From assembly GCA_002269645.1 (NCBI GenBank), contig NIVC01001424.1, positions 124,001 to 188,000 on the forward strand: 64,000 nucleotides of DNA, read 5' to 3'. Position numbers and translations under genes: made by a program. The notes below the pieces were generated by a model. That model saw only the letters and a program-made list of their open reading frames with translations, was not told where the DNA came from and made no database searches. Below, one piece after another: positions 25,073 to 36,916 of the stretch. This DNA comes from Macrostomum lignano. Lineage: Eukaryota. Each line of letters begins with the position of its first letter. The stretch's first letter is position 1.

Positions 25073-25839
25073 TTATCTTTAATTCGATCTGCCCGAAGCA
25101 GTGGAAAATCGGCCTGGTTCGCTGCATGCTCCACCGGGCTTTTGAAATTTCTAACAGCTGGAAGAATTTCCATGAAGAAGTGACTAATCTCACTAAATAT
25201 TTCCGTATGAATGATTACCCAGAATCTCTGCTTAGCTACCATCTTAAAAAGTTTCTCAACCAAAAATTACATTTGCAAAAATCCAATGTGAATGAACAAC
25301 AGCAAGATCAGTTTCAGACCAAATATAGGCACCTTTCTATCCCCTACTATGGCGAGGCTTCGATCAGTTTTAAGAAAGCGCTCCTCCGGTGCTTTAAGCA
25401 GTTTTCTAATGATAATCTAAGAATCACCTTTTATTGCGATAAAGTTGGCCAGTATGTCTCTAAGCTCAAAAGCCGTGTGCCTCTGCAACTACGTGCAGGT
25501 GTCGTCTACCAATTCCAGTGCTCTGTTGATCAGAGAGTTACCTACCTAGGTAAATCGAAACGGCACTTGTATGTTAGGGGCAGAGAACACTGGTTAAAGC
25601 CATCAGCAGTGCAAGACCATCTTATGGCCTGTAGTGAATGCGCCAACAGTGAACAAAAGGATAGGTTTACTATCATACACAGTTGCAATATCGATCATCG
25701 CCTTAAGATTATTGAAGCTATGTACATTAAAAACTGGCAACCAACTTTAAATAAACAGTTGGGTTATTCCGGGGCCAGTGCTCTCCTGAGAGTGTTCTAA
25801 ATGTACACCCACTACCCGGCTCTCTCTCTCTCTCTCTCT

Positions 25840-25897
<58 letters not shown>

Positions 25898-26091
25898 GTC
25901 TCGGTTTTGATCTGTTGACTCCCCCCGTGTTTTGTTATTACAATCTTGTGCATCACTGACTATCTGCCACTGAAATGTATTTATACTCTATGTTTTGACT
26001 TAAATTAAATAAATTCCAATCTGCCCGATGATGCCTAAAGTTAGGCGAAACATGTCGTTCTAATGAAAATGCTCGCAATCTCCTTTCTTTT
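25073..26091 (+). mobile_element. 5'-truncated Penelope-like element (RT C-terminus + GIY-YIG endonuclease), 12-bp TSD
   Basis: Open frame FIFNSICPKQWKIGLVRCMLHRAF...GVVYQFQC...TYLGKSKRHLYVRGREH...LKIIEAMYIK...PTLNKQ, stop at 25800. TSD AGAATATGGGCT at 25061-25072 and 26092-26103. The empty site (single AGAATATAGGCT) is seen in the left arm. Confidence 0.93.
26020..26061 (+). ncRNA. Degenerate minimal type-I hammerhead ribozyme in the PLE 3' region
   Basis: CCGATGA-t-GCCTA aagt TAGGC-GAAAC-AT-GTC. The core has U4>C and stem I is weak. Confidence 0.6.
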
Positions 26092-27181
26092 AGAATATGG
26101 GCTAGAAAGAAAAAGGTAAGGCCTAGCATTAGAGGGAAAGAAAAGATCACAACTAGAAGGATATCATCACTTTATATAGTGGCAATGAATAGTTATTAGT
26201 TAGTCTATAGTTGATTAGACTATGGCTAATTATTTCAAAAAGATTTTTATTCTAGGCATGCTTTATCTTATATAGTTATATTCCTACTTTTGATTCCCAT
26301 AAAACAATATTATTAAAACATTTTAATATAAAACATTATAAACATAGGCTAGGCTTAGGTCTTATAAATAGATAGGCCTAAGCTACTTAAATTAAAGAAG
26401 AACCAAATGAATTTTAGATCCAAAGAAAAAAAGATTCTTATTATCATTAAAAAAACATATTCTAATATAGCATAAAGGCTTTATAACACAAAAGAAAAGA
26501 AAATATTTTAGACTTAGACCTATTAGTCAATAGTAGAAAATAATCAATGATTTGAAATAGAAGGCTATTAGATTTTAGAAGCCTAGAAAGCTTATTAGCC
26601 TAAATATGCATTTTGCCTAGGCTAAACAAAAAATTGGATAGTTATGTAAATTTTAAATGATTCCAAAGTCTAAAGAGCAATAAATAAATCTGTAAAGTGT
26701 AAGCCTAACTAATTGGCAAGTGGTAAAATTTTATGTTTAGGCAGGCTTATTTTAATTTAGCTAGCTAAAATGCAATTTGAATAGTACACTTGTTTACCAA
26801 TATCACCCGTGGCTTATAGAACCGGCTGGTGCATACGTGCGCAAATGTATTAAATACAACGTAAAATAAAGCCAGAAATACATGCAGCGCTACACCGCTG
26901 CATTCATTACTGGGCTGCAAGGCCGTGTTTTCCAAGGATAGAATGGCCTCACGAGTGGGACACGGCTGGCTGCGCGCATTTTAAATTCTTTCATAGAAAA
27001 CGGAATTCTACCCGTATTCTATAACACGGTAACATGTTACGGCTCGATAGACATCGGGAGTTTTTCATGTTATATTGCCGATGTTTATGGAAAACATAGG
27101 TGTTATTAACACAATGTATTCTTTATTAACTGTGTATCGAAACCTATAATAAAGAGAAAAGCAAAAATCAACAAATTTAGT

Positions 27182-27223
27182 TAAACGACGCGTTTCGCAC
27201 AACTATGTGGATCTTCAGGTTTA
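27182..27223 (-). ncRNA. Minimal type-I hammerhead ribozyme (minus strand)
   Basis: taaac CTGAAGA t ccaca tagt tgtgc GAAAC GC GTC gttta. 5-bp stem I, palindromic ACGCGT stem III, one stem-II mismatch. Confidence 0.8.
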
Positions 27224-27610
27224 TTTTAAGCAATTGTGCAATATTGCGCAATTGGTATTGCAATTTGGCTGAAACCGTCGGCTATCCAAAACCGTTTACT
27301 TGCCCTCCCTTTCTTTGGCTATCCTTCTTAACTCTTCAAAAAAAATTCTGGTAATTATTTCCCAACTCGCTTAATTGCAACATCCGCGTCATTCTCAACT
27401 CCAAAACAGTGGCGCAGGCCATATGTTCTCCGTGTGTTCTGAGGGAGGGGCCGCACTGGCTGTACATTCTGTACTGTTGGCTGCAACGCTAACAATTCGT
27501 CCCTGGACTTTGCCTCTCGATTTACGGACTAACAAATGTGTACTTAAAATTTTGATTAAATTTGCACTCAAAAATTTCATATTTATAACTTCCGATCTGT
27601 ACGCTTAAAA

Positions 27611-27651
27611 TAAACCTGAAGATGCACAGAGTTGTGCGAAACGGTCGTTTA
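27611..27651 (+). ncRNA. Minimal type-I hammerhead ribozyme (plus strand)
   Basis: taaac CTGAAGA t gcaca gagt tgtgc GAAAC G GTC gttta. Perfect stems I and II, 1-nt deletion in the stem-III palindrome. Confidence 0.8.
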
Positions 27652-30600
27652 ACTAAATTGATGTTGATTTTTGCTTTTCTCTTTATTCTACTTGCCAAAA
27701 GCGAGCAACTTTACCTGAAACCTATAATAATTAACACAAATGGACCAATGTATGTAGGTCAAGGAACGTCCTATATTATTCATAATTAAATTCTTGTATG
27801 CAAGCTTTTGGGCAGGAATGTAAGCTAAAAATTATTGAATAGTACCAAAAGCTGAGCAGTCATAAGGCCCTCGGATACTTTTATGCTGCATGGTGAATTT
27901 ACATTACAAGATAAAAATTAGGTCGCTTAATAATTCCGGACTCAGTAAATTTTTATAAGTTCTGATTCAGAATATTGATTTGATTTATCGCGACTGCATG
28001 ATTAGTAACTGTTTGGCCAATTAATATCGGTCCCGGCCATTGAAACCCTCACCTACACCTCTGAAACCCTCAAGGAATAATTCAAAGAAAGAATTAGAAC
28101 AAAAAAATTATCCTATAAAATTTGCCTTCTCACAATTCGCGCTATCATGCAGGCAGTAAGATATAATTTAACCTTGAATATTTCTGCCTCTAAATTAGTT
28201 CAGCCCATGAAAAGCAATCAAGCAATTAAATGCAATTCTCAATCAAACTACTGAAACTGGGTGCCACATGAAGAGTGCCGTCTCAGCCAAACAAGGTTCA
28301 ATTCTAGCCAGCTCTCACCCCACAACTCAGACTGCCGAAGGCCAAGGAACCATGCAATCTGAGACCACAGGCACCAGAATAACCGTAACTCATGAACATC
28401 TAACTCTCATTGAAGTTCTATAACAGTTCTAACTTGGTGTCGCATTCAAAATTAGGATCGGGGCAAATCATAAGCAGCTGGAAGAGCTAGGAGACACGCG
28501 GAGAGTCTCCGGCTAGTCTTCTTCAGGTACCATTGAGTGAGGCCGAGACCCGTTAGGTTGAGTTCCTAGCGGTAAAAACCTGTAGGTTTTTTAAAATGTC
28601 AGGTCAAAGCTCAACACATATCGTCACAGTTAAAAAAAACTGAACTAATACACGATCAAAACCTCATGAGATTGGACAGCCTCTCAATCCAAGAAATAAA
28701 AGCCATCACTACTGACAGTAGTAAGTACAGTATAGGTGGGAAGAAGCTTATGCATGCGGCGTCACACCAGTACTGAAAATGCGTTCTCATCAAGTATACA
28801 TGTAGTTCAATAGAGGCTTTTATGCATACGTGCAAGTCGATCTACTCAAGCATATAACCTGCTGGCTGCTCTTCAATTAAATGTGCAATGTGGTGAAGTA
28901 ATGCAAGCTGGCTGCATGTACAGTACTGCTGTACACCCTATTTGCAGTGTGCATAGCTGTCTGCCGCAGCTCAGGCTGGTAGAAGAGAGGAGAAGTGCAT
29001 GCCAGAATCTGTTGCACTATAGGATGGATATGCAGTGAAGGAATGATGGAGATTCCCAATTTCCTTGGTTTGGAGGACAGGATGCTGCATCGGGGGTCGC
29101 TCACTCTCGCTTTCTAGGATGGCGGGCTGGGTTGTTGGGAACAAATTTCCTCTTCATCTCCTGTGAGCTCATAGCTCCCCGGCCAAGCTGAGCAGTTCCA
29201 TCTTTTCCCGCCTCTCCTTCGCTGGAGGAAACACCTCGGGGGTCAGTCCTGTTCCCTTTTATCTGGCATGCTGGCCGCTCCATCATTTCCGTTCTCTCTT
29301 CCTTCTGCAGCGCAGTCTCCAGCATAATCAGGGCCTTGAGTTCAACCCTGTCAGGCTAATCAGAACTGGCCTGTCTCTGTCTCCTCCGTGAAGACCATTT
29401 CACCGTTTTTCCTGCATTCTTACCAACAGAGACATTGCTCGGCTAGTCCTATGATGTATGTCCAAAGCGCAGCCTCCGGAATAAGGAGATGGAGGGGTTA
29501 TGAAGATGAAGATGGAAGGAGAAGGAGAGAAGAGAGGGAGGAGAGCGTCCCGCGAGCAACGCTGACTGCAGTTCTGCCCACCCAAATCTGCGGTAAGGTC
29601 GTAGGAGAAGGGGGTATTGAAAAGACGAGAAATGATAATTAAAAGTCCAACTTGTTTGACTGCAAAAGCAACATCGATATGAAAGCGTTGTAAAAATTAA
29701 GAGAAAATGTTTGAAGACGTTTGACAGCGTTGTTGGGAACAAATTCCCAAATCATCTACGTAGCAAATCTGCCCCTGTCTCTTGGGCTCTTCCTTATTAA
29801 AAGGTGTCCTAAATGTCAACTGTATTCGCCAACAGTTGCAGTTGACAGCACCAGCAAGCCATATAAGGTGAATTTCTTTTTTCCAACGGCTGCTGATCAA
29901 TTATTGATAAATCAGCACTGAATTGATGAGGTTTGCTGGTTGCGATGAGCTGCAGTCTTGGACCAAAAGAAGCCTAAAAGCGCTGTCCCTGTTTGTTCTA
30001 TGCTTGTTTATCCGGTCTCTAAAAAAACCTTGCACCCGACTAACACTTGTTTTATTTGGAATTTGATGCCTCAGGGTGGTAAAATATTGTAGAATTTAGT
30101 GCCTAATACGCTGAAAACTACCAATCTCAACCCTATATTGAATCCTATCTGGCTGTCCTTGATTTTCTATTACGATTCGAGAATGCAGTACAAATTTTAC
30201 AACAAAAAACAGGTTGGAATGGAAATGCTTTTTTGCGTATTTGAATGCTTTGTACCTACATGGCTGGCAAGGCAAGAACTCGAATGAATGATGGCTACCA
30301 GATTCCACTCCCTTGGCAATTTCCTTCACTCTATGCAGCCTCTGCAGGCTTCCTTTTCTCCTCATTGGTTGCCAGCTGGTTTGCCAATAAATTTCAAGCC
30401 AAGTACGGAGCTTTGCGGGGCCGCCTTGGCTTAAGCTGCATTTAAAAAGATTGCTATAAGCAAAAGTGTATCCGATGCGTTCTAAACACTATAGTACATC
30501 CGGAAGAACGGACCAGAACCCCAAGGATCATGCATGAACGGTTTTAAATAGCATGCACAAACGGCTGAGAAATTCGACATGTTTTTTGATATCGGCTGAG

Positions 30601-30653
30601 CTGCAGAACTCGAAGTCTTTCTCAGAGAGGTAGACAAGGCAGATAATAAGACA

Positions 30654-31021
30654 ATGAAGGTCACGCGCGTTGCCAGCCGGTTTTCCAGACTGCCAACTGC
30701 GCCAATGCAGCGGTACCTGCGCTGGATCCAGCTCACTCTGTACGCCGCCTCCTGCGTCTTCGCCCTCGTGTCCTGCATCACGCTGAAGGTCAGCTACGAG
30801 GACTTGGGATTCGAGTGCCCGCTCTACGCCAAACCCGGCCGGGTCAACCTCCAGCCGACAAAGAACGGCACCTACGTGCTGCACCTGGGCGACGAGGTGA
30901 AGAAAGGCGAAAAGAAGACCTGCTTCTATTCGATGTACCTCAACATCACTATCGCCTCCTACAGTCTCATGTGGGGCCTTTTGTACGGCTTTCTCAGCGC
31001 GCCGAGCAAAGTTAGAAAAGG
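30654..31021 (+). CDS. TMEM179: TMEM179-family 4-TM membrane protein, exon 1
   Basis: TM1 (WIQLTLYAASCVFALVSCI), ECPLYA motif, Cys before TM2 (TCFYSMY...). Donor GG|GTGAGT, phase 2. The start could be the ATG at 30654 or a downstream ATG. Confidence 0.8.
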
Positions 31022-31204
31022 GTGAGTGAGTGGTTCATCATTGCATCTTCCACAGCTTCCGCCCTTCGGGGCTTTAATTTTAAGTAGCTAGATACGTCTT
31101 TCTTGCGTTTAAACTGATAAGCTTTAAAATAAAGCTTCTGAAGCCGAAGTGTAATTGAAGATGTAAAAAATATAACATATACCCCTAACCCCGACAAACT
31201 TCAG

Positions 31205-31372
31205 ACACCTGAGGCACCTGGTGTTCCCCTCCCTGCTGTTTAACTCCGTGCTCTTCACCAGCGAACTCATAGCGAGCTGCGTGCTGTCGCTGGGCTACAA
31301 CTTCTGGTGTGAGTCCATTGTCAACGATCTGGAAGCTCTGGAGAATGTCAAGAAGCTTATCGAGTCAAATAA
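31205..31372 (+). CDS. TMEM179: TMEM179-family exon 2 (TM3, ...LSLGYNFWCESI)
   Basis: Acceptor cttcag, 168 nt, phase 2/2, donor GTGAGT. Matches the family 'SVGFxxWCxxI' pattern. Confidence 0.85.
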
Positions 31373-32224
31373 GTGAGTCGCCTCAAATTCTAAGCGTGTG
31401 TGACATCACAATGTCTTGACGTCTTCCTTTCTTCGCACCCGCATATTGACCCCTGGTTTTATTGGCTTGTGTGCACAGAGAATGTACATGTCTGAGGATT
31501 AGAAAGTGAGGACCGCTGTTCACTCTGTGTGAGTGCGTGAATTAGTACAACATGTTTAGGAGTCAGCGGAATTGGGCAGAACTGCCATCAGCGTTGTTTC
31601 TTGGGACTATGTCGCCATAGGCGTCGCAATTACTCGAATTATTCCCACAAACATCACTTCAGTTTTTACTTCGATCACATCATTGGTAAAAAGACGCAAC
31701 CACATCGCATCCTCTTAGGCCAGGTATCGTCCGATTTTATTGCATTCTTAGCTACGCAGGCTGTACCGCATGGGGTTTGGGGATTTTGGCGAAAGCATAT
31801 TGATCGCGTACGGACAAAACTTTGCGCCCAGTGGGGGTCCTCCGTAGCGAGTGCAGGTCCGCGATCCGCGTCTTGAAGCCAGCTGCGGCCCAGCGGCAGA
31901 CTGCTGATGGGGTACGTTGAAAAGCTTTGTTGGCCATTTCTGTCAGCAACATTGCCATGCTGCAGCGGGGGTTTGTGAGGGATGGCGGGCGAATGAAGCC
32001 TACATATATAGGAAAGGTTCAGGAAGAAATGGAGAGTGGAAGAATGCGAAAGACAGAGTCTGTCGACATCTCTGGGGCGGTATCTGTTTCCAATTTTTGG
32101 CTGTCTTTTTTGTTGTAAAAGTGAGGAGAAATTTGCACTGGACTGGACTTGTTCTGCAAATTTTTATGGGTAAAAGACAGCCTTTCTCTCGTTTCTTTGG
32201 AGAGATATAGGTGCTTGTAGCGCT

Positions 32225-32670
32225 ACAGTTGTGTCTGTGGTGTGTGTTGTTGAAATTTCGTTTGTGGTGTTGAGATTGTGTCTGTGGTTCTGAGATTGTG
32301 TCTGTGGTTCTGAAATTGTGTCTGTGGTGCTGATATTGTGTCTGTGGTTTTGAGATTGTGTCTGTGGTGCTGAGGTTGTGTCTGTGGTTCTGAGATTGTG
32401 TCTGGTGGTTCTGAGATTGTGTCTGTGGTGCTGAGATTGTGTCTGTGGTTCTGAGATTGTGTCTGTGGTTCTGAGATTGTGTCTGTGGTGCTGAGATTGT
32501 GTCTGTGGTGTTTCGATTGTATCTGTAGATTGTGTCTGTGGTTCTGAGATTGTATCTGTAGATTGTGTCTGTGGTTCTGAGATTGTCTGTAGATTGTGTC
32601 TGTGGTTCTGAGATTGTCTGTAGATTGTGTCTGTGGTTCTGAGATTGTCTGTAAATTGTGTCTTGGGTCA
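32225..32670. repeat. 20-bp minisatellite in TMEM179 intron 2
   Basis: Unit TTCTGAGATTGTGTCTGTGG. Confidence 0.93.
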
Positions 32671-33564
32671 TAAAATGTAATTGGACGCTAAAATCGTATT
32701 GTAATTTATAGTTAAATTCGTTTAAAAATTTGAAAAGCTTAGGCTGTGATAAAATTCAAGCAATTTTCTTATTAATACTGAAAATAAAGATTATAAATAT
32801 TATTGCAAATAAGAAATCCTAATTTTCATAGAAGAAATCAAGCTCACACACGCCAGTTCATTGATTGATTAGTTCACTAGGAAGCTCTTTGGTTCAAGTT
32901 TTGCTACACATCCTCAGCCGCTGTTGCTCAATGAGCATGCAGTGCTCCGGTAGTCTCTCTCTCCTCTCTCTCCCCCGAACAACTGGGCCCACAAGATCAA
33001 TAGGAAGAAATTCCACTCGGAGCATCGCAGAGAAGAGGATCAAGAATGCCAATACAAGACGGAGCGCAAAGCAATTATTGGCCTCTACAAAAAAGCATCT
33101 GCCAAACTCTTTTTTGGTGGAGGATCAGAGAGACCAGCTCAAGCCAAGCCCATTCGCCATTCCTTCGAGAGAGTTTTCTGGCGAACAGGCAGGCTGAAAG
33201 CAAAGCCGGCCTTGTCTGCTAATAGCAATCAAGCCAAGAGAGCCCTGGGAAGATAAAAGGCTGCCTGGGCAAATAATCAGTCTGAGAAATAGTGGGGATT
33301 TGGGAGACTAAGAGAGAGCGCTTGCGTATCTCTGTAGGCTGTTCCAATTCCTACCCTAGTCGTGTTTAGTTATTCATTAAAACGACCTGCTGCTGCTGCT
33401 GGTATCAGCACAGAGTTTGCGTGTTCCGTTGATAAATTCGGTCTAAGAAAGAGTTTTGGAAGCCAGGCAAACTGCTAGTATAGATAACTGGACTTTGGCA
33501 TTGAAGCTCTGGAAGCAGTCAAGCTCTTCGCAGCATCATATGTAGCCTGTAGATTGAAGATATT

Positions 33565-33825
33565 CACACAGATCTCATTGTTCACAGTCTCAAAATGTGT
33601 CTCCAGATTGCAGATAGCTATTCACATAGATCTCATTGTTCACAGCATCAAGACCTGTCTCCAGATTGCAGATGTTCACATAGATCTCATTGTTCACAGC
33701 ATCAAGACCTGTCTCCAGATTGCAGATGTTCACATAGATCTCACTGTTCACAGCATCAAGACCTGTCTCCAGATTGCAGATATTCACATAGATCTCACTG
33801 TTCACAGCATCAAGACCAGTCTCCG
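33565..33825. repeat. 54-bp minisatellite, about 4-5 copies
   Basis: Unit TCACATAGATCTCATTGTTCACAGCATCAAGACCTGTCTCCAGATTGCAGATGT; 18-aa period in the ORF track. Confidence 0.93.
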
Positions 33826-34284
33826 TTAGAGTCAAAATCCTAAAAGTAAAGTCCTTGCTTGCCGCTAGCAGACGGGAAAGTCACCACCGCGGCTCTGAGA
33901 GACGCAGGGAAGAAAAAAGATTTTTAGAGCGGAAAAACTTCATTTCTTGGGCCTCGTTGCTGCTGGCAAAGTGCGAGTGAGCGAGATGGAGCGTGGGAGA
34001 CGGGGGAGAGATGGCGAGAGCGCCCTGTGCTCAGAGACTGGGGGCAACTGGCTTGGGGAGCGAGCAGGGGGACGGCCTGGAGGCGATTCCTCTCAGCCTG
34101 CCTGGGCCTGCAGTTCTCAGAGTCTGGAGAGCGGGAGAAATCTGCGAAATGGGATCCCCTTCTTCCTCTCTTTCTCGCGTCGGTCTTCTCAAAGTCGGTC
34201 TACATCATCTGGCCTAGAGAGGAATATTTCACTATGCACTGTTAATGGCTAAGCACTGCAGATCGTGTTCCGACTGGTACTTGT

Positions 34285-34930
<646 letters not shown>

Positions 34931-34978
34931 TGCTGCACAGAGTCACAGAATTTTCCATTCCAACAACCCGATCCCCAG

Positions 34979-35087
34979 ACTGGTGCTGACCTGCCCGTTA
35001 ATCCAAACTTTTCCGTGGAAATTCGACGACAAGAGCATTGAGTACTTTACTGGGCCGCGATTCTTCGGCTTAATTACCATCGCTCAG
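34979..35087 (+). CDS. TMEM179: TMEM179-family exon 3 ([15 protein letters not shown]...FFGLITIAQ)
   Basis: Acceptor tccccag, 109 nt (phase 2 to 0), donor GTGAGA. Cys plus 'F....IAQ' as in the family. Confidence 0.8.
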
Positions 35088-35356
35088 GTGAGAATTCAGT
35101 TACTATAATGCACTTCTTTCCAACCATTGAGGCTAGTTACAGAAGGTTGAGCCGAGATATTACTGCAGAAAGTGAGTGGAACACTTTTTTTGAAAGAAGG
35201 AGAGCATTGTAAGATGGTTTGCTTAGTTGATTGCGTGTGCGCACATTCACTAGCTCTTATGTACATTTGCTCGATGTACAATGATAATATATAAGTGAAT
35301 GCCTTGGCGCCCTGGGCAGCCAAGAGTCGGTCTACGCCTTAAGCCAGTTTCTCGTT

Positions 35357-35895
35357 GGGAAGACGATTTCGTGACCAGCGGGCACGGTTGTCCTGTCTGC
35401 TACCTCAATGGCGAATACACAGCTACTTGCTGCCGATGACTCCATTTTTACTTGCTGACCGCACACAGTGAGCGTTTGGCGATTGCAGTCGATGACGCAG
35501 CCACAGTTTGCCAGGAAATCTGCACCCAGCAAAAAATCCTTGGCCAGATTGTCGACAACTAAAACTCTTTGTCGAACCGTTGCCACACCGAAACTTAGCT
35601 GCACTTCCTGCCAACCACAGGCAGCCAAATAGTTACCGTCTGCTAGCTTCAACTGCACCGGAGTCGTCAAAGGCAGGAGCCTCTCATTCAGCTTGCGAAA
35701 CAGGGAACTTGACATCAAAGACTGGGAACACCCAGTGTCAACTAGACAGCTGGCAGGGACACACATCGGCAGGATGCGACAGTTTACCAGCATGTTGGCA
35801 CCAGTGGCTGAGCAGGACACCTCTACGACTGGTTGCGCCGGGATTCTCACTTGCGGAACGGCACCCCGGCGGTCGCCGCTCCATCGAAGTTTCCC
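35357..35895 (-). CDS. Retropepsin-type aspartic protease (truncated pol, -1 frame)
   Basis: LVDTGCSQSLMS active site and FLLGADFLANCGCVID. The frame runs into the inverted LTR and stops at 35332. Confidence 0.9.
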
Positions 35896-36617
35896 GACTT
35901 CTGAGTGCAAAATTTTTGAACATGGCCCGGCCTACCGCACTTCCAGCATGTCACAACTCTGCGTCTGTCGCCGCTCTGACGATGATCCTGGTCCTTTGAC
36001 TCCCAGCGGCTGAGCTTGTTGGACAGCTCCTTCAGGGACCGTTGAATTCCGACTGCAAAGGCTTCGGGAACCTCAGCAGCTAGAGCCGTAGTGGTGTCTA
36101 TTTGCGACTGTATCGATTCCACGAATCGCCCTGTTTCAACTGTATCTGCGAATGTCGCCTTTGGCTGCATCTGCGTCTGCATTCGCACAGCTGGGTCCCT
36201 CAATCCGGATAGAAACCGACCTTTGAGAAGCTCGTCCTTCGCTGTCACCGACGTCTCCTGCTCGGCACCTGCTTTCGTCTCCATCAGACTCGGGAACGCA
36301 CGCTTTGCCGCAACGATCAGGGCATCGGAATAGTCTGCAACCGACTGACCGTCCTTTTGAGTCAGATTGAAGAACTGCGCCTGCTGCTCAGCAGAGGATG
36401 TTGATGGCCGAAATCGATTTTTCAGAGCCTTCTCAAAGTCGTCGTAGGACAGGGCAGCATCCAAATTGTTGGCCGCTTGATATGATTTGTCGTCGAAGAA
36501 TGACAGCAGAGCATTCTTGCGCTGATCCACAGGAAGAGATGATGCGAAATTGTTGAATCGTGCCAGCCAAAGTTCAAAGTCTTGTCCATGCTGGTATTGA
36601 GGCGGCCGCAAAAACAT
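35847..36617 (-). CDS. Gypsy Gag with CCHC zinc knuckle
   Basis: Uninterrupted ORF. PPQY...DFELWLARF, QKDGQSVADYSDAL, FLSGLRDP, CWKCGRPGHVQKFC. First ATG at 36617; the frame is open from 36653. Confidence 0.92.
   Translation of the reverse strand: MFLRPPQYQHGQDFELWLARFNNFASSLPVDQRKNALLSFFDDKSYQAANNLDAALSYDDFEKALKNRFRPSTSSAEQQAQFFNLTQKDGQSVADYSDALIVAAKRAFPSLMETKAGAEQETSVTAKDELLKGRFLSGLRDPAVRMQTQMQPKATFADTVETGRFVESIQSQIDTTTALAAEVPEAFAVGIQRSLKELSNKLSRWESKDQDHRQSGDRRRVVTCWKCGRPGHVQKFCTQKSGNFDGAATAGVPFRK
35855..35895 (-). promoter_or_regulatory. Programmed -1 ribosomal frameshift signal (gag-pol)
   Basis: Slippery heptamer G GGA AAC (35895-35889), 6-nt spacer, then an 8-bp stem GGAGCGGC/GCCGTTCC, in the gag/pol overlap. 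Confidence 0.8.
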
Positions 36618-36916
36618 GTTGACAAAACTAGCTTGGGGCTGAGTCACCGCCACTGTAGGGCTCTCTGCACTGCCTTAATTTTCAGTCATAGCTGCCGCTG
36701 CCATCAATGTAAGAACAAGCGAAAACGAGAAATTGGCTTAAGGCGTAGACCGACTCTTGGCTGCCCAGGGCGCCAAGGCATTCACTTATATATTATCATT
36801 GTACAGCGAGCAAATGTACATAAGAGCTAGTGAACGTGCGCACACGCAATCAACTAAGCAAACCATCTTACATTTCTAATAAGAAGATTAAAATTTGCCT
36901 GACCGAACCCACCCAG

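Larger units (their letters stand above)
20615..27120. repeat. Right arm of the inverted duplication (longer: contains a Penelope-like insertion and longer minisatellite arrays)
   Basis: Same anchors as the left arm. Confidence 0.95.
27152..27716. mobile_element. 565-bp Penelope-like mini-element with inverted hammerhead-bearing ends, 13-bp TSD
   Basis: TSD GAAACCTATAATA at 27139-27151 and 27717-27729. ~85-bp inverted repeats 27148-27230 / 27601-27687. The interior has a weak PLE-linker-like remnant (NCNIRVILNSKTV). Confidence 0.8.
35208..36872 (-). mobile_element. Ty3/Gypsy-derived LTR-gag-protease cassette with an inverted partial LTR at its 3' end (antisense, in TMEM179 intron 3)
   Basis: 219-bp LTR 36872->36654 (TGTA...TACA), TGGCG-type PBS, gag, protease, then 149 bp of the same LTR in inverted orientation (35208-35356; 3 mismatches counted). 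Confidence 0.9.

Noticed and set aside
14085-27120. Palindrome as a pure fold-back read artefact
   Set aside because: An arm-specific PLE insertion with TSD, indels, SNPs and different array structures argue against a simple echo. A haplotype mis-join is not excluded without reads.
28040-30480. GC-balanced stretch with short ORFs, possibly a decayed TE
   Set aside because: No RT, transposase or other motif found in the frames I translated; left unannotated.
32865-33330. Possible non-LTR retrotransposon fragment in TMEM179 intron 2
   Set aside because: Only a vague basic, helical resemblance; no diagnostic motif.
35208-36872. DIRS/tyrosine-recombinase element (because of the inverted termini)
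   Set aside because: It has an aspartic protease, TG...CA LTR, PBS and Gypsy-type frameshift, and no YR or RT; DIRS elements lack a protease.
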